Positions 1 through 11,900 of a stretch of 33,987 nucleotides of DNA are shown here, piece after piece. Every line of letters begins with the position of its first letter. Positions within the stretch are counted from its first letter, which is position 1. Position numbers and translations under genes: made by a program. Source of the DNA: an uncultured Collinsella sp. (GTDB lineage: Bacteria > Actinomycetota > Coriobacteriia > Coriobacteriales > Coriobacteriaceae); contig CABUTP010000001.1 of the NCBI GenBank assembly GCA_902494545.1, forward strand, positions 1 through 33,987. The letters run 5' to 3'. The notes below the pieces were generated by a model that did not search any database, was not told where the DNA came from, and was given only the letters and a program-made list of their open reading frames with translations.

Positions 1-165
1 GCGCTCGATATCGGCACGCGAATACAGGCGCGTGTTGCCGCCCGAGCGCTGGGGGTTCACCAGGCCCTTGGACTCGTAGACGCGCAGAGTCTGCGGATGC
101 ATGCCGGTCAGCTCGGCCGCCACGCTGATCATGTACAGCGGTTTGTTCCTATTGTCCTCGGCCAT
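1..165 (-). CDS. hspR: HspR heat-shock repressor (MerR family), 5' part; C-terminus lies beyond the window edge
   Basis: Manual translation from ATG at 165: [55 protein letters not shown], which has the HspR HTH signature. Last gene of the dnaK-grpE-dnaJ operon. Not in the ORF track. Confidence 0.93.
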   Translation of the reverse strand, partial: MAEDNRNKPLYMISVAAELTGMHPQTLRVYESKGLVNPQRSGGNTRLYSRADIER

Positions 166-237
166 GCTACCTGACCCCTTTCCGTCTCGTTATCGTCCAT
201 CATAAGCCCGTGGGCGCGGGCGTGCGCCGCGACCGCC

Positions 238-1203
238 CTAGTACGTCGCCTTGTAACGGTTGACCTTCTCGCGATAGTCGCGTGTGTCGGTCTCGCGCAG
301 CTTGGTCATGGCATCGCGCTCGTCATCAGACAGGTTCGTGGGAACCTGCACCTTGATCTCGACGAGAAGCGCGCCCGTACGGCCACGGTGCTTAACGTCG
401 GGCGCGCCCATCTCCTTAAAGCGGAACTTCTTGCCCGTCTGGGTACCCGCGGGTACCTTCAGACGAACCGTCGCACCGCCGGGCGTGGGCACGTCCACCG
501 TGCAGCCGAGCGCCGCCTCGTAGACCGAGACCGGTACCTCCATGGTCACGTCGGCGCCCTTGCGCTTAAACAGCGGGTGCTCCTCCACGTGCGTGGTCAC
601 GACCAGGTCGCCGCGCTCGCCACCCGCAACGCCATACTCGCCGCGACGCTTGTAGCGCAGCTTGCCGCCGTCGACCGCGCCCGCAGGCACCGAGACCGTA
701 ATGGTCTGCTGCTCGCCTGTCGAGGGAATGCGATAGGTGACCTTGTGCGTCACGCCGCGGAACGCGTCCTCGGCCGAAATATCGACGGTCAGCGACAGGT
801 CGCCGCCCTTGCGAGCACGGCTGCGGCCCGCGCCGGCACCGGCAGCGCCCGCAGCCCCGGCAAAGCCCGAGCCCCAATCGCTGCCCCAAGCGCCGTTGCC
901 GCTAAAGATGCTGTCGAAGATGTCGCCCCAGCCGCTGGCACCTGCGCCGGCACCGTAGCCTCCGCCATACGCGCCGCCTGCGCCCGGCATGCCGCCAAAC
1001 ATGAGCATCTGGTCGTACTCTTTGCGCTTCTTCTCGTCCGAAAGCGTCTCGTAGGCCTCGCTGATCTCCTTAAACTTGGCCTCGTCGCCGCCGGCATCGG
1101 GGTGATATTTTTGCGCGAGCTTGCGAAACGCACTCTTAATCTCTTTGTCGGAGGCGCTCTTGGATACGCCCAGGATGTCATAGAAGGTTTTGCCTGCAGC
1201 CAT
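238..1203 (-). CDS. dnaJ: DnaJ co-chaperone, class B (J domain, G/F region, C-terminal domains, no zinc finger)
   Basis: J domain with HPD motif (KYHPDAGG), Gly-rich linker, DnaJ_C motifs, no CxxCxGxG repeats; operon context. Confidence 0.92.
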   Translation of the reverse strand: MAAGKTFYDILGVSKSASDKEIKSAFRKLAQKYHPDAGGDEAKFKEISEAYETLSDEKKRKEYDQMLMFGGMPGAGGAYGGGYGAGAGASGWGDIFDSIFSGNGAWGSDWGSGFAGAAGAAGAGAGRSRARKGGDLSLTVDISAEDAFRGVTHKVTYRIPSTGEQQTITVSVPAGAVDGGKLRYKRRGEYGVAGGERGDLVVTTHVEEHPLFKRKGADVTMEVPVSVYEAALGCTVDVPTPGGATVRLKVPAGTQTGKKFRFKEMGAPDVKHRGRTGALLVEIKVQVPTNLSDDERDAMTKLRETDTRDYREKVNRYKATY

Positions 1204-1276
1204 CGTAGCTCCTCTCCTGTTTCACCCGCCGCCCCTGCGGACGGCGGCTCATGCTGTCATATGGCACTTGGCCAGA

Positions 1277-1306
1277 AAGGGCCCCGGGTGTTGCCCCGGG
1301 GCCCTT
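1277..1306 (-). terminator. GC-rich stem-loop between grpE and dnaJ (weak terminator or mRNA-stabilising hairpin)
   Basis: AAGGGCCCCGGG-TGTTGC-CCCGGGGCCCTT, a 12-bp perfect stem just after the grpE stop; only a short U tract on the minus strand. Confidence 0.6.
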
Positions 1307-1311
1307 CTCAA

Positions 1312-2154
1312 TTACTCCTCGGTGCTCTCGGCTGTATCGGCCGTAGCATCCTCGGGCGCCGCTTCGGGCTCCGGTGCGGGGCGCTTCTCGCCACCGTAGG
1401 TCACCGTCACCATCGCGGAACGCAGGATGCGATCCGCCATGCGGTAGCCCTTCTGGTACACATCGTTGACGGTCTCGTCATACTGCGATGCGTCCTCGAC
1501 GCGACCCACAGCCTGGTGCTCGAGCGGATCGAACGCCTCGCCCTTGGGGTCGATGGGCTCAACGCCCTCGTGCGCAAACACATCGAGCAGCTTGGCATGT
1601 ACCGCGTCAACGCCATCGACGAACTGCTTAAAGTCGTCGGCAAGCTCTTGGCTGCGGGCATGGTCGATCGCGCGCTCGATATCGTCGACCACCGGCAGCA
1701 GCGCGGTGACGAGCTTCTCGGTCGCACGCTCGCGCTCGGCGATGCGCTCGCTGGCGGTGCGGCGACGGAAGTTCTCCCAGTCGGCCTGCAGGCGGGCGGT
1801 GCGCTCGGTAGCGTCCTTTGCCTTGTCCTCGGCGGCCTTCTGAGCCTCTGCCGCAGCATCGAGCTCGTTGCGCACGTCGGCAAGCTCCTTTTGGGCCTGC
1901 TCGAACTTGAGCTTAAAGTCGTTGTCGGCGGCTTCCTCACCGGCGCGGATAGCGGCTTCCACCATCTCGTCCTCGGTCATCGTCGCCTCCTTGTTGGAAT
2001 CCTCTACCTGGTTCTCGGCAGCCTCGGCGGCCTCGGCCTCGTTGGCCTCGGTATCGTCGACGGCCTCTACGGGAATCTTCACGTCCTTCTCCTCAGAGTC
2101 AACGGGGGCGGCGCCGGCGGCAGCCGCCTCCGTGCGAGCTTTACGGGCGGACAT
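1312..2154 (-). CDS. grpE: GrpE nucleotide exchange factor with a long acidic N-terminal extension
   Basis: RLQADWENFRRR, LLPVVDDIERA, FDPLEHQAV and VYQKGY..RILRSAMVTV motifs; between dnaK and dnaJ. Confidence 0.96.
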   Translation of the reverse strand: MSARKARTEAAAAGAAPVDSEEKDVKIPVEAVDDTEANEAEAAEAAENQVEDSNKEATMTEDEMVEAAIRAGEEAADNDFKLKFEQAQKELADVRNELDAAAEAQKAAEDKAKDATERTARLQADWENFRRRTASERIAERERATEKLVTALLPVVDDIERAIDHARSQELADDFKQFVDGVDAVHAKLLDVFAHEGVEPIDPKGEAFDPLEHQAVGRVEDASQYDETVNDVYQKGYRMADRILRSAMVTVTYGGEKRPAPEPEAAPEDATADTAESTEE

Positions 2155-2156
2155 GA

Positions 2157-4049
<1,893 letters not shown>

Positions 4050-4158
4050 TAGAAATTCCCTCTCTCTTGTGCGTTTGCACCGACTCGGCGGTCTGCCGCG
4101 CGGTGTTTCGGCTTGTCTTTCAGGATGTAGTGTATCCCCTTATGGGCCGGAATATACA

Positions 4159-4185
4159 AAATCTAAGTCAATTCATATAAGATTT
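4159..4185. promoter_or_regulatory. Candidate HspR operator (HAIR-like imperfect inverted repeat) upstream of dnaK
   Basis: AAATCTAAGTCAATTCATATAAGATTT has AAATCT/AGATTT arms and lies in the AT-rich dnaK promoter region. It diverges from the canonical CTTGAGT-N7-ACTCAAG. Confidence 0.5.
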
Positions 4186-4469
4186 CTTATCTCTGAGAGT
4201 TTAGGTTCTTAAATGCGCAGGTAAATACACTGTTTGAGTTCTCGGCAGATCTATTGAGATCTATGTAGAGTTGACTGAGGTGCGAGCCTGAAACTATCTC
4301 CCGCTTTGGGCGTGGATTACGGGATACGGTTTCCGCAAGCACGCTCAATCGCCCTATATTTCAAGTCACCTATAGCTAACATTTGCGCAGCTCAACGGCC
4401 TCACCTGCATGTTTTTTAGTAAGCCGCGGCATACTCGGCGAACGGTATGAAGATGCCGGTCAGAGGGTA

Positions 4470-4497
4470 TTGCAAACGGTCGCTCCCGTGGTATGTT
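4470..4497 (+). promoter_or_regulatory. Putative sigma70-type promoter of the ferredoxin gene
   Basis: TTGCAA-N16-TATGTT with an extended -10 (TGg), about 60 bp upstream of the start codon. Confidence 0.45.
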
Positions 4498-4558
4498 TTT
4501 GCCCGAATCAAACCGACGCGCATCGCCTGTAGCGTCGGTCAACAGAGAGGAAACTACC

Positions 4559-4744
4559 ATGGCTCATCCCGTAATTGATGCCGACGAGTGCATCGCTTGT
4601 GGCGTTTGCGTCGACTCCTGCCCCGCTGGCGTTCTGGAGCTCCAGGACGTCGCCACCGTCGCTGACGAGGATTCCTGCGTCGCCTATGGCGCTTGCCAGG
4701 ACGCTTGCCCCGCCGGCGCGATCACCGAGCTCGTCGAGGAGTAA
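4559..4744 (+). CDS. Small dicluster-type 4Fe-4S ferredoxin (61 aa)
   Basis: RBS GAGAGG before ATG 4559. Motifs CIACGVCVDSCP and CVAYGACQDACP. Confidence 0.9.
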   Translation: MAHPVIDADECIACGVCVDSCPAGVLELQDVATVADEDSCVAYGACQDACPAGAITELVEE

Positions 4745-4784
4745 CAACTCCCCCACTTGCACACTCACAAGTACACCGTGCACA

Positions 4785-4822
4785 AAAAGGAGGCCTCCGC
4801 ATCGCCGCGGAGGCCTCCTTTT
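4785..4822. terminator. Bidirectional intrinsic terminator between the convergent ferredoxin and niaR genes
   Basis: AAAAGGAGGCCTCCGC-ATCGCC-GCGGAGGCCTCCTTTT, a perfect stem with A and T tails. Confidence 0.88.
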
Positions 4823-4835
4823 GCATTCGTCGTTA

Positions 4836-5381
4836 CTAGGACAGGTCATCTTCGTAGGGCATTAGGTCCGCCAAGTAGCCTTTCTCCTTGAGCATGGTCT
4901 CGATCTCGTCGAGAGTCTGCTCGTCTTCTGCCGCAATGCGGTGGAAGTGATAGCCGCTGGTTACCGTTAGCAGCGGAAAGCTCTTGCCGCTCTCGATATC
5001 GTGCAGGTAGCGCTCAACATCGCGACGATTGCGGATGTCCAGGTCGGCCGTGATCTTGCCGTATACGCGGTGATTGACGATTACGTTGAGCACGGCGCCG
5101 CCCGCGTCGACGATGCTCGTGAGCTCATCGCCCGCCTGCTCCACGCCGTGGCGAACCTTGACCAGACGCGTGGGCACGGCGGGGCTGCTGGGGGCCTCCT
5201 GTAGTACATAGCCGCGATTGGTGGCGACGATATCGTGCCCGTCGGCGCGCAGCAGGGCGATGTCCTGCACCACGACCTGACGGCTCACGCCCACCTCACG
5301 GGCAAGCGCACTGCCCGAGACAGGATCTTTGGCTCTCTCGAGCACGGCCATGATGGAACGGCGACGCTCGCGGGCATTCAT
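4836..5381 (-). CDS. niaR: Niacin-responsive repressor NiaR (YrxA family; HTH_11 plus 3H domain)
   Basis: VSGSALAREVGVSRQVVVQDIALLRA HTH; 3H-domain histidines (VRH, NHRVYG, YHFH). Coupled to nadC by a TAATG overlap. Confidence 0.92.
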   Translation of the reverse strand: MNARERRRSIMAVLERAKDPVSGSALAREVGVSRQVVVQDIALLRADGHDIVATNRGYVLQEAPSSPAVPTRLVKVRHGVEQAGDELTSIVDAGGAVLNVIVNHRVYGKITADLDIRNRRDVERYLHDIESGKSFPLLTVTSGYHFHRIAAEDEQTLDEIETMLKEKGYLADLMPYEDDLS

Positions 5382-6241
5382 TATTTACCGTCCAGCAGAC
5401 GCAGGTGCTTAAGCGAAAGGTCGAGGATCGGCGCAGAGTGCGTCAGAGCGCCCGAACTAATAAAGTCAACGCCCAGGTCGGCGAGCGCGCGGATATTGCT
5501 GGCATCCACGTTGCCCGAGCACTCGGTCTTGGCACGACCGGCGATAAATTCAATCGCGGCAGCCATATCGTCGTGGGTCATGTTGTCGAACATGATGATG
5601 TCGGCGCCGGCCTCCACAGCCTCGCGCACCATGTCCAGGTTCTCGCACTCGATCTCGACCGTCGTGGTAAACGATGCATGGGCGCGCGCCATCTCGATCG
5701 CACGCGTCACGCCACCGGCGGCATCGATGTGGTTGTCCTTGAGCATGACAGCCGTCGACAGGTTGTAACGGTGGTTGCTGCCACCGCCGATCTCGACTGC
5801 GGCCTTCTCGAAGACACGCATGCCCGGCGTGGTCTTGCGCGTGTCGACAAGCACGGTCTTGGTGCCCACGAGCGCAGCCGCCATCCGATGTGTGTAAGTA
5901 GCGATGCCGCTCATGCGCTGCAGGTAGTTGAGCGCCACGCGCTCGCCCGAAAGCAGCACGCGCGCGTCGCCGCGCACCTGGCCCACGTGATCGCCGGCGT
6001 GTACCTCGTCACCGTCAGCAACATCAAACAGCACCGAACTCTGCGGATCCAGCAGCTCAAAGGTGCGGGCGAATACGTCCAGGCCGGCGATAATGCCGTC
6101 GGCCTTGGCGATGAGCTCCACCGTGGCGGGGCGCGCCGTGGGGCACACGCTCGCCGTACTCACGTCCTCAAACGTGATGTCCTCGCGCAGAGCCTGCAAA
6201 ATCAGATCATCGACGACGAGCTTCATGGTAATGGGATTCAT
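5381..6241 (-). CDS. nadC: Quinolinate phosphoribosyltransferase
   Basis: ERVALNYLQRMSGIAT, DTRKTTPG, NHRYNLS..MLKDNHI and GALTHSA..LDLS motifs. Confidence 0.97.
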   Translation of the reverse strand: MNPITMKLVVDDLILQALREDITFEDVSTASVCPTARPATVELIAKADGIIAGLDVFARTFELLDPQSSVLFDVADGDEVHAGDHVGQVRGDARVLLSGERVALNYLQRMSGIATYTHRMAAALVGTKTVLVDTRKTTPGMRVFEKAAVEIGGGSNHRYNLSTAVMLKDNHIDAAGGVTRAIEMARAHASFTTTVEIECENLDMVREAVEAGADIIMFDNMTHDDMAAAIEFIAGRAKTECSGNVDASNIRALADLGVDFISSGALTHSAPILDLSLKHLRLLDGK

Positions 6242-6244
6242 GGT

Positions 6245-7621
6245 CTACTCCTCCACGGCCTGCGTGCCGGCGGCACGGGCCAAATCATCGATTGCAAGGG
6301 TATCGGCGCTCAGGGCGCGGTGACGCCCGTCAAGCGCGGGCTCACCGGCCTGCTCCACGGCCAGCGACTCGCCGGTGCGCATGTACCACGCGGCGCGGCG
6401 GCCCCAGACCAGCGCCTCGAGCAGGCTGTTAGAAGCCAGGCGGTTCTTGCCGTGCACGCCATTGCAGGCCGTCTCGCCGGCGGCGTAGAGCTCGGGCATC
6501 GAGGTGCGACCGTCCTTGTCGACCCATACGCCGCCCATAAAGTAGTGCTGCGTGGGAGTGACGGGAATGGGCTCGTCCAGGATGTCGCGGCCGTCCTCCA
6601 GGCAGCGCGCGCGGATATTGGCAAAGTGCCCGGTCACCACGTCGCGCTCGACGGGGGCAAAGCTCAGCCACTCGTGCTCGGTGCCGTCCTGCCTCATCTG
6701 CTCGCGGATGGCGGCGGCGACAACGTCGCGCGGCTGCAACTCGTCGGTAAAGCGCTCGCCGGCGGCATTGAGCAGAATCGCGCCCTCGCCGCGGCAGCTC
6801 TCGCTGATCAGGAACGTGCGACCCGGCTGCGGCGAGAACAGACCCGTGGGATGGATCTGCACGTAGTCCAGGTGCTCCATCTTAATGCCATGCTCCTGAG
6901 CGATGTAGCAGGCGTCGCCCGTGAGCTGCGGGTAGTTAGTCGAGTGGTCGTAGACGCCGCCAATGCCGCCCGTCGCCCACAGCGTGTGGCGGGCATGGAT
7001 CTTAAACGGCTTACCGGCATGCACGCCCTCAGCGGCATTTGCCAGCTCGTCGGCGGGGCGAGCTGAATCGTCCTCGTCCACGGCGACGGCGACGACGCCG
7101 GTGCACACCGTGGCGTCATCGCGCTCGGCGGTCAGGATGTCGGTCATGGCAACGTGTTCGAGAATCTGCACGTTATCCAGCTTGCGGACAGCCTGGAGCA
7201 GCTTGGTCGTAATTTCCTTGCCCGTAATATCGGCATGGAAGGCGATGCGCGGGCGGCTGTGCGCGCCCTCGCGGGTAAAGTCGAGGCTGCCGTCGGCCTT
7301 GCGCTCAAAATCCACGCCCATGGCCAGCAGGTCGTTGATGACCGAGCGGCTCGAGCGAATCATGATGTCAACACTCTCGCGGCGGTTCTCGTAATGGCCG
7401 GCATGCATGGTGTCCTCAAAGAAGGCATCGTAGTCAGAGCCTTCGGGCAGCACGCAGATGCCGCCCTGCGCGAGCATCGAATCGCACTCGTCGACAGCGC
7501 CCTTGGAGAGCATGATCACGCGCGTGCTCGTCGGCAGATTGAGGGCCGCATACAGGCCCGCCACGCCGCAACCGGCAATGACGACGTCACACTCCATATC
7601 GGGGTATTGTTTGGTTTCCAC
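6245..7621 (-). CDS. nadB: L-aspartate oxidase (short form)
   Basis: GCGVAG FAD motif, SMLAQGGI, TREGAHSRPRI, QIHPT and GVHGKNRLASNSLLE. GTG start at 7621 chosen because GGGAGAGG precedes it; the ORF track extends to 7666. Confidence 0.93.
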   Translation of the reverse strand: METKQYPDMECDVVIAGCGVAGLYAALNLPTSTRVIMLSKGAVDECDSMLAQGGICVLPEGSDYDAFFEDTMHAGHYENRRESVDIMIRSSRSVINDLLAMGVDFERKADGSLDFTREGAHSRPRIAFHADITGKEITTKLLQAVRKLDNVQILEHVAMTDILTAERDDATVCTGVVAVAVDEDDSARPADELANAAEGVHAGKPFKIHARHTLWATGGIGGVYDHSTNYPQLTGDACYIAQEHGIKMEHLDYVQIHPTGLFSPQPGRTFLISESCRGEGAILLNAAGERFTDELQPRDVVAAAIREQMRQDGTEHEWLSFAPVERDVVTGHFANIRARCLEDGRDILDEPIPVTPTQHYFMGGVWVDKDGRTSMPELYAAGETACNGVHGKNRLASNSLLEALVWGRRAAWYMRTGESLAVEQAGEPALDGRHRALSADTLAIDDLARAAGTQAVEE

Positions 7622-7677
7622 AGGAATCCTCTCCCTTGTAATGTGGCATAAGGGATGGTCCCTCATGTCACATTGGC

Positions 7678-8703
7678 TTAGCGCGCCGCGTACTCGAGCA
7701 TGCGGTCGAGCGTGAGCTTGGCCTGATCGGCGGCCTCGTCCGACACGCCAATCTGCACCTCGCCCTCGCCCGTCTCCAGGCAGTGCACGAGCTTGTCGAG
7801 CGTGATGAGATCCATGTTGACGCAGGTGGGCTGCACCGCAGGGAAGTAGAACTTCTTGCCAGTGCCCTGGCAGCGGCGTTCAAGCTCGTAGAGCACGCCG
7901 CGGACCGTCACGATGATGAACTCGCTGGCGTCCGACTCCTCGGCATACTTGATGATGCCGGCAGTAGAGCCGATGTAGTCGGCCTCGGCCAGGACGTCGG
8001 CCTTGCACTCGGGGTGCGCCAGCACGAGTGCGTCGGGGTGCGCCTCCTGCGCGTCGACGATCTGCTCGACGGTGATGATGTGATGACGCGGGCAGTAGCC
8101 GTTGTTGAGGATGACGTGTTTTTGGGGCACCTGCTCGGCCACAAAGCGGCCCAGGTTTTGGTCGGGAATGAACAAGATGTGCTGCTGCGGCAGCTCGGAC
8201 ACGATCTTGACGGCGTTGGAGCTGGTGACGCACACGTCACTCCAGCTCTTGATCTCGACCGTCGAGTTGACGTAGCAGACGACAGCCAGGTCATCGCCGT
8301 ACTCGGCGCGCGCTGCATCGACCGTCTCGCGCTTGACCATGTGCGCCATGGGGCAGTCCGCGCCCGGCTCGGGCAGCAGCACGGTCTTGGTGGGGTTGAG
8401 CAGCTTGGCGCTCTCGCCCATAAACTCCACGCCGCACAGCACGATAGTCTGCTGCGGCAAGCTCTTGGCGAGCTTTGCCAGGTAAAAGCTGTCGCCAACG
8501 AAATCGGCCACAGCCTGAACCTCGGGCGCCACGTAATAGTGCGCCAGGATCACCGCGTCGCGTTGGGTCTTAAGTTGCTGAATGGCCTCGACGAGCTCTG
8601 CGGGCACCAGTGCCGCGCGCTCCGTTGCCGTCGTTGCCGATGCCAGGCCGGCCGCGATATCGCGTGCAAGCTCCGACGCATCCATGTTCGCGCTCTGTGC
8701 CAT
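7678..8703 (-). CDS. nadA: Quinolinate synthase
   Basis: ILAHYY, GDSFYLA, CGVEFMGES, CPMA, YVNS, AHPEC and C.NM motifs, including the three Fe-S cysteines. Confidence 0.96.
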   Translation of the reverse strand: MAQSANMDASELARDIAAGLASATTATERAALVPAELVEAIQQLKTQRDAVILAHYYVAPEVQAVADFVGDSFYLAKLAKSLPQQTIVLCGVEFMGESAKLLNPTKTVLLPEPGADCPMAHMVKRETVDAARAEYGDDLAVVCYVNSTVEIKSWSDVCVTSSNAVKIVSELPQQHILFIPDQNLGRFVAEQVPQKHVILNNGYCPRHHIITVEQIVDAQEAHPDALVLAHPECKADVLAEADYIGSTAGIIKYAEESDASEFIIVTVRGVLYELERRCQGTGKKFYFPAVQPTCVNMDLITLDKLVHCLETGEGEVQIGVSDEAADQAKLTLDRMLEYAAR

Positions 8704-8738
8704 CAAGGCCCCTCTCTTTTGGCGAATCTTGGGGCTTT

Positions 8739-8767
8739 AGTATGACACCTAGGTTTACAGCTGACAA
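8739..8767 (-). promoter_or_regulatory. Putative nadA operon promoter
   Basis: Minus strand TTGTCA-N17-CATACT; the -35 box lies inside the NiaR operator. Confidence 0.6.
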
Positions 8768-8777
8768 GACAGCTGTA
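8756..8777. promoter_or_regulatory. NiaR operator
   Basis: TACAGCTGACAAGACAGCTGTA (reverse: TACAGCTGTCTTGTCAGCTGTA) matches the Firmicute NiaR palindrome type. It sits directly upstream of nadA-nadB-nadC-niaR. Confidence 0.85.
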
Positions 8778-8812
8778 AAGCCAGGTGTAAAGTTGGAATA
8801 AAGATTCAATCT

Positions 8813-8871
8813 TGGGGCGGGTCCATTTTCGAACTGGCAAGCTGAGGATAGTTGAAAATGGACCCGCCCCA
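8813..8871. repeat. Long inverted repeat, possible REP doublet
   Basis: TGGGGCGGGTCCATTTTC ... GAAAATGGACCCGCCCCA, an 18-bp perfect stem. The arm AAAATGGACCCGCCCC resembles AAAATAAACCTGTCCC in the repeats at 29148 and 32863. Confidence 0.7.
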
Positions 8872-8918
8872 TGATTCGAGCAGCCGTTTTGTCTGGTCCG
8901 AGAGGCGGTGGGCATAGA

Positions 8919-8950
8919 AGCGGGCCCGAATCGCTCGATCCGGGCCCGCT
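8919..8950 (-). terminator. Stem-loop after the surface protein gene (likely terminator)
   Basis: AGCGGGCCCG ... CGGGCCCGCT stem about 16 bp after the stop codon; weak U tract. Confidence 0.5.
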
Positions 8951-8966
8951 GGGGACTGGCGCGCAA

Positions 8967-11900
8967 CTACGCGCGGCGCTTCATGGCCCAAGCCAGCAGC
9001 AGGGCTGCCACACCGGCAGCGAGTACGGCACCAGCCATGACGTACGCGCTGTCGCCGGACTCAGGCAACGTCTCCTTGCTAGCCTTCTTCTTAGACTTGG
9101 AAGACGTGGTCGTGGTAGTCGTAGTGGTCTGGCTCGAATCGGGCGTCGGCGTGGGCTTGGCAGCCTCGGCAACGGTAAAGGTCGTCTCGGCCGTGCCCGT
9201 AGTCGAAACCACGCTCAGCCTGTGCTCGCCCACGCCAAGCGTCTTTAGGAAGCTCGTCTTGAGCGTCACGATCGTGGAGCCCTCGGTGAGCACGTAGTTC
9301 TCGGCGGTGACCTCCTTGTCGTCGACCAGCACCTTCTGGAAGAACTCGATCGGCGCGCTCGAGCGGAAACTCAGGTCCTTGGCGGCGTCAATCACCATCG
9401 TCTGGCCCTTGCCGTCGATGATCTCGGGCGCCGGAATCGCCTCGGTCTTGCCCCTCTCGCCGCAGGCAATGCACTTCTGGTGCCACTCACCCTTGGCCTC
9501 GGTGGTCGCCGGCCTATCGACGACCCACTCAAAGGTATGCTCGGCCTTGTCGAGGGCTTCGCCGCAGCGGCAGATATGCCAGTGGTTCTTGGCGTCGTGT
9601 GCCCAGCCAGAGCCGTCGGGCTCGTGCTTAAGCACGCCCTCGACCGTCACGTTCACGTCGCACTCGACGTCCTTAAGCTCAAAGGTACCGGCGTCGGAGA
9701 GCTCAACGGCCTTACCGTCAACCTTTACGGCGTAGTCCTTGCCCGCAAAGTATGCACTATCGATGCTCATGGTGAGCGTTGCAGTCCCGTGACAATCGAG
9801 CTCGGTTGCCGTCGAGCTGAGCGCGTACCCCACCTGATTGCTCGGCAGCGTCACAATCAGCTTGGGACCGGCCGCCACGGTAACCTCGGTGGCGGAAGAG
9901 GCGTCGTAGTTGGCCTTAGCCTGGTAGCGCACCTCATACGTGCCAGCGGCAAGACCCGTAAGCTCGGCCGTGCCCTCGTCCACCGCCTGATACTCGTCAG
10001 CACCCTTGGCACGCCACTCCATCGTCGCGTCGACGCCCGTGATCTTACCGTCACGCTTGCCGCTCACGGTCTCGGCCGCAGCCTGGACCACCGGCGCGCC
10101 CTGCGCGGCGTTCTTGATGGAGAAGTCGCACGTCAGGCCCTCAGTCGGAAGCGCGTAGTTGCCCGCGGCCTTGCCCGTCAGCGCTGTGAGGGTCGCCTGA
10201 TACGAATCGCCAGCCTCGACCTGGGAGCCCACGACGGTCGCGCCGAGTTCATCCTTGCCGATAACGTTGCCGAGCGTCGCCTCGGGGCAGTGCTCCTCGC
10301 CGTCGTAGACAAACTCAGTAGTTCCCCACTTCACAGTGAGCACGCGCTGGTTGATGGTGAACACGCCATCAACGAACGTAATGTTGTAGTTGGGGTTCGC
10401 GCCCTCAGGCTGCGTCAGTTGCAGAGCATAGCCGCCATCACGCACGTTGTCGCTATCTTCGCGATCGATCTCGATGCCCTGAAGCGTTTCGCCCGCGACG
10501 AGTTTGCCAGAAGTGACATCCCACGTAAACACGGGGTCGGCCTCGCCGTACGTCTTGGAGGAGGCATCAGCTGCGACCGTAATCGCGCGCGGCTTAACCT
10601 CGAGCGTGACCTCACCCTCGGCGGTCGCACCGTCAATCGTCACCTGGTAGGCAACGACCAACTTGCCAACGTCGCGGATCTTGGGGGCCTCGGGGGACCA
10701 GTTCTTACCGTCGGTGCTGTACTGGGCCGTCGCGCCCTCGGGCAGACTCGTCGCATCAACCGTGTGATAGTCGCCGTCGTACTCGTCGGAGTAGCCAACG
10801 ATGGCGGCAGCCGGAATCTCGACCTCGGCCAGCTTGTGACCGCAGACCTTGCACTTCTGTTGCTTGGAGCCCTTCTCGGTTGCCGTGGGGGCCTTGACGA
10901 CGACCCACTCAAAGTCGTGCTTGGCCTCGTCGATCTTGTCTCCACAGGCGCACTTATGCCAATGCGTGCTGTCGTCGGAGAGCCACTCATCGTTCACGGC
11001 CTCGTGCTTGCGCACGCCCTCGACCGTGACGACGAGGTCGCTCTCGGCGTTCTGAACGGTGAACTCACCACGCGCGTCGGGCGCCACAACGGCATTGTTG
11101 ACCTTGACGGCGTAAGAGTCGTTGTCAGCAAAGTAGCCGCTCTCGATACTGACCGTGAGGGTGGTTGATCCGTGCCAGTCAAGCTCGTCCGGGCTCGCCA
11201 TAATCGTATAGCCGACCTGCTTGGCAGGCAGCGTCACGACGAGCTTGCCGCCGGCATTAACGGTAACCTCGGTGGCGGAGGAGGCATCATGGTCGCTATC
11301 GGCGCGGTAGCGCACCTCGTACGTGCCGACAGCACAATCCGCAATCTCAGTCACGCCTTCGGGCACACCCCGATACTCGCCAGAGTCCTTGGCGCGCCAC
11401 TCCATCATAGCGTCGACGCCCGTGATCTTACCGTCGGACTTACCGCTCACGGTCTCGGCCGTGGCCTGGACCTTCGGCGCGCCCTGGGGCGCCTTCTTGA
11501 TGGAGAACTCGCACGTCAGGCCTTCGGCGGGGAGCTTGTAGTTACCCGCGTCGTCGCCCGTCAGCTCGGTGATTTTCGCCGTGTAGGTGCCGGCCTTGAC
11601 CTTGGCACCGTCGACGTACGCGGAGAGATTGTCATCGCCGACGACGTTGTGGAGCTTCGCCTGGGGGCAGTGCTCTTCGCCGTCGTAGGTGAACTCAGTA
11701 GTGGTGTCCCACGTTACGGCGAGCTCGCGCTTGCCGATCGTAAAGGTGCCATCCTTGAACGTAATCTTGTAGTTGGGGTTGGCGCCTTCGGACTGCGCTG
11801 CCGTCACGGCGTAGCCGTCCTTGCGCACGGCCTCGCCGACCTCGCGAGAGACGGTGATGCCCTGGAGGCTCTCGTCCTTGACAAGCTTGCCCTTGGTGAC

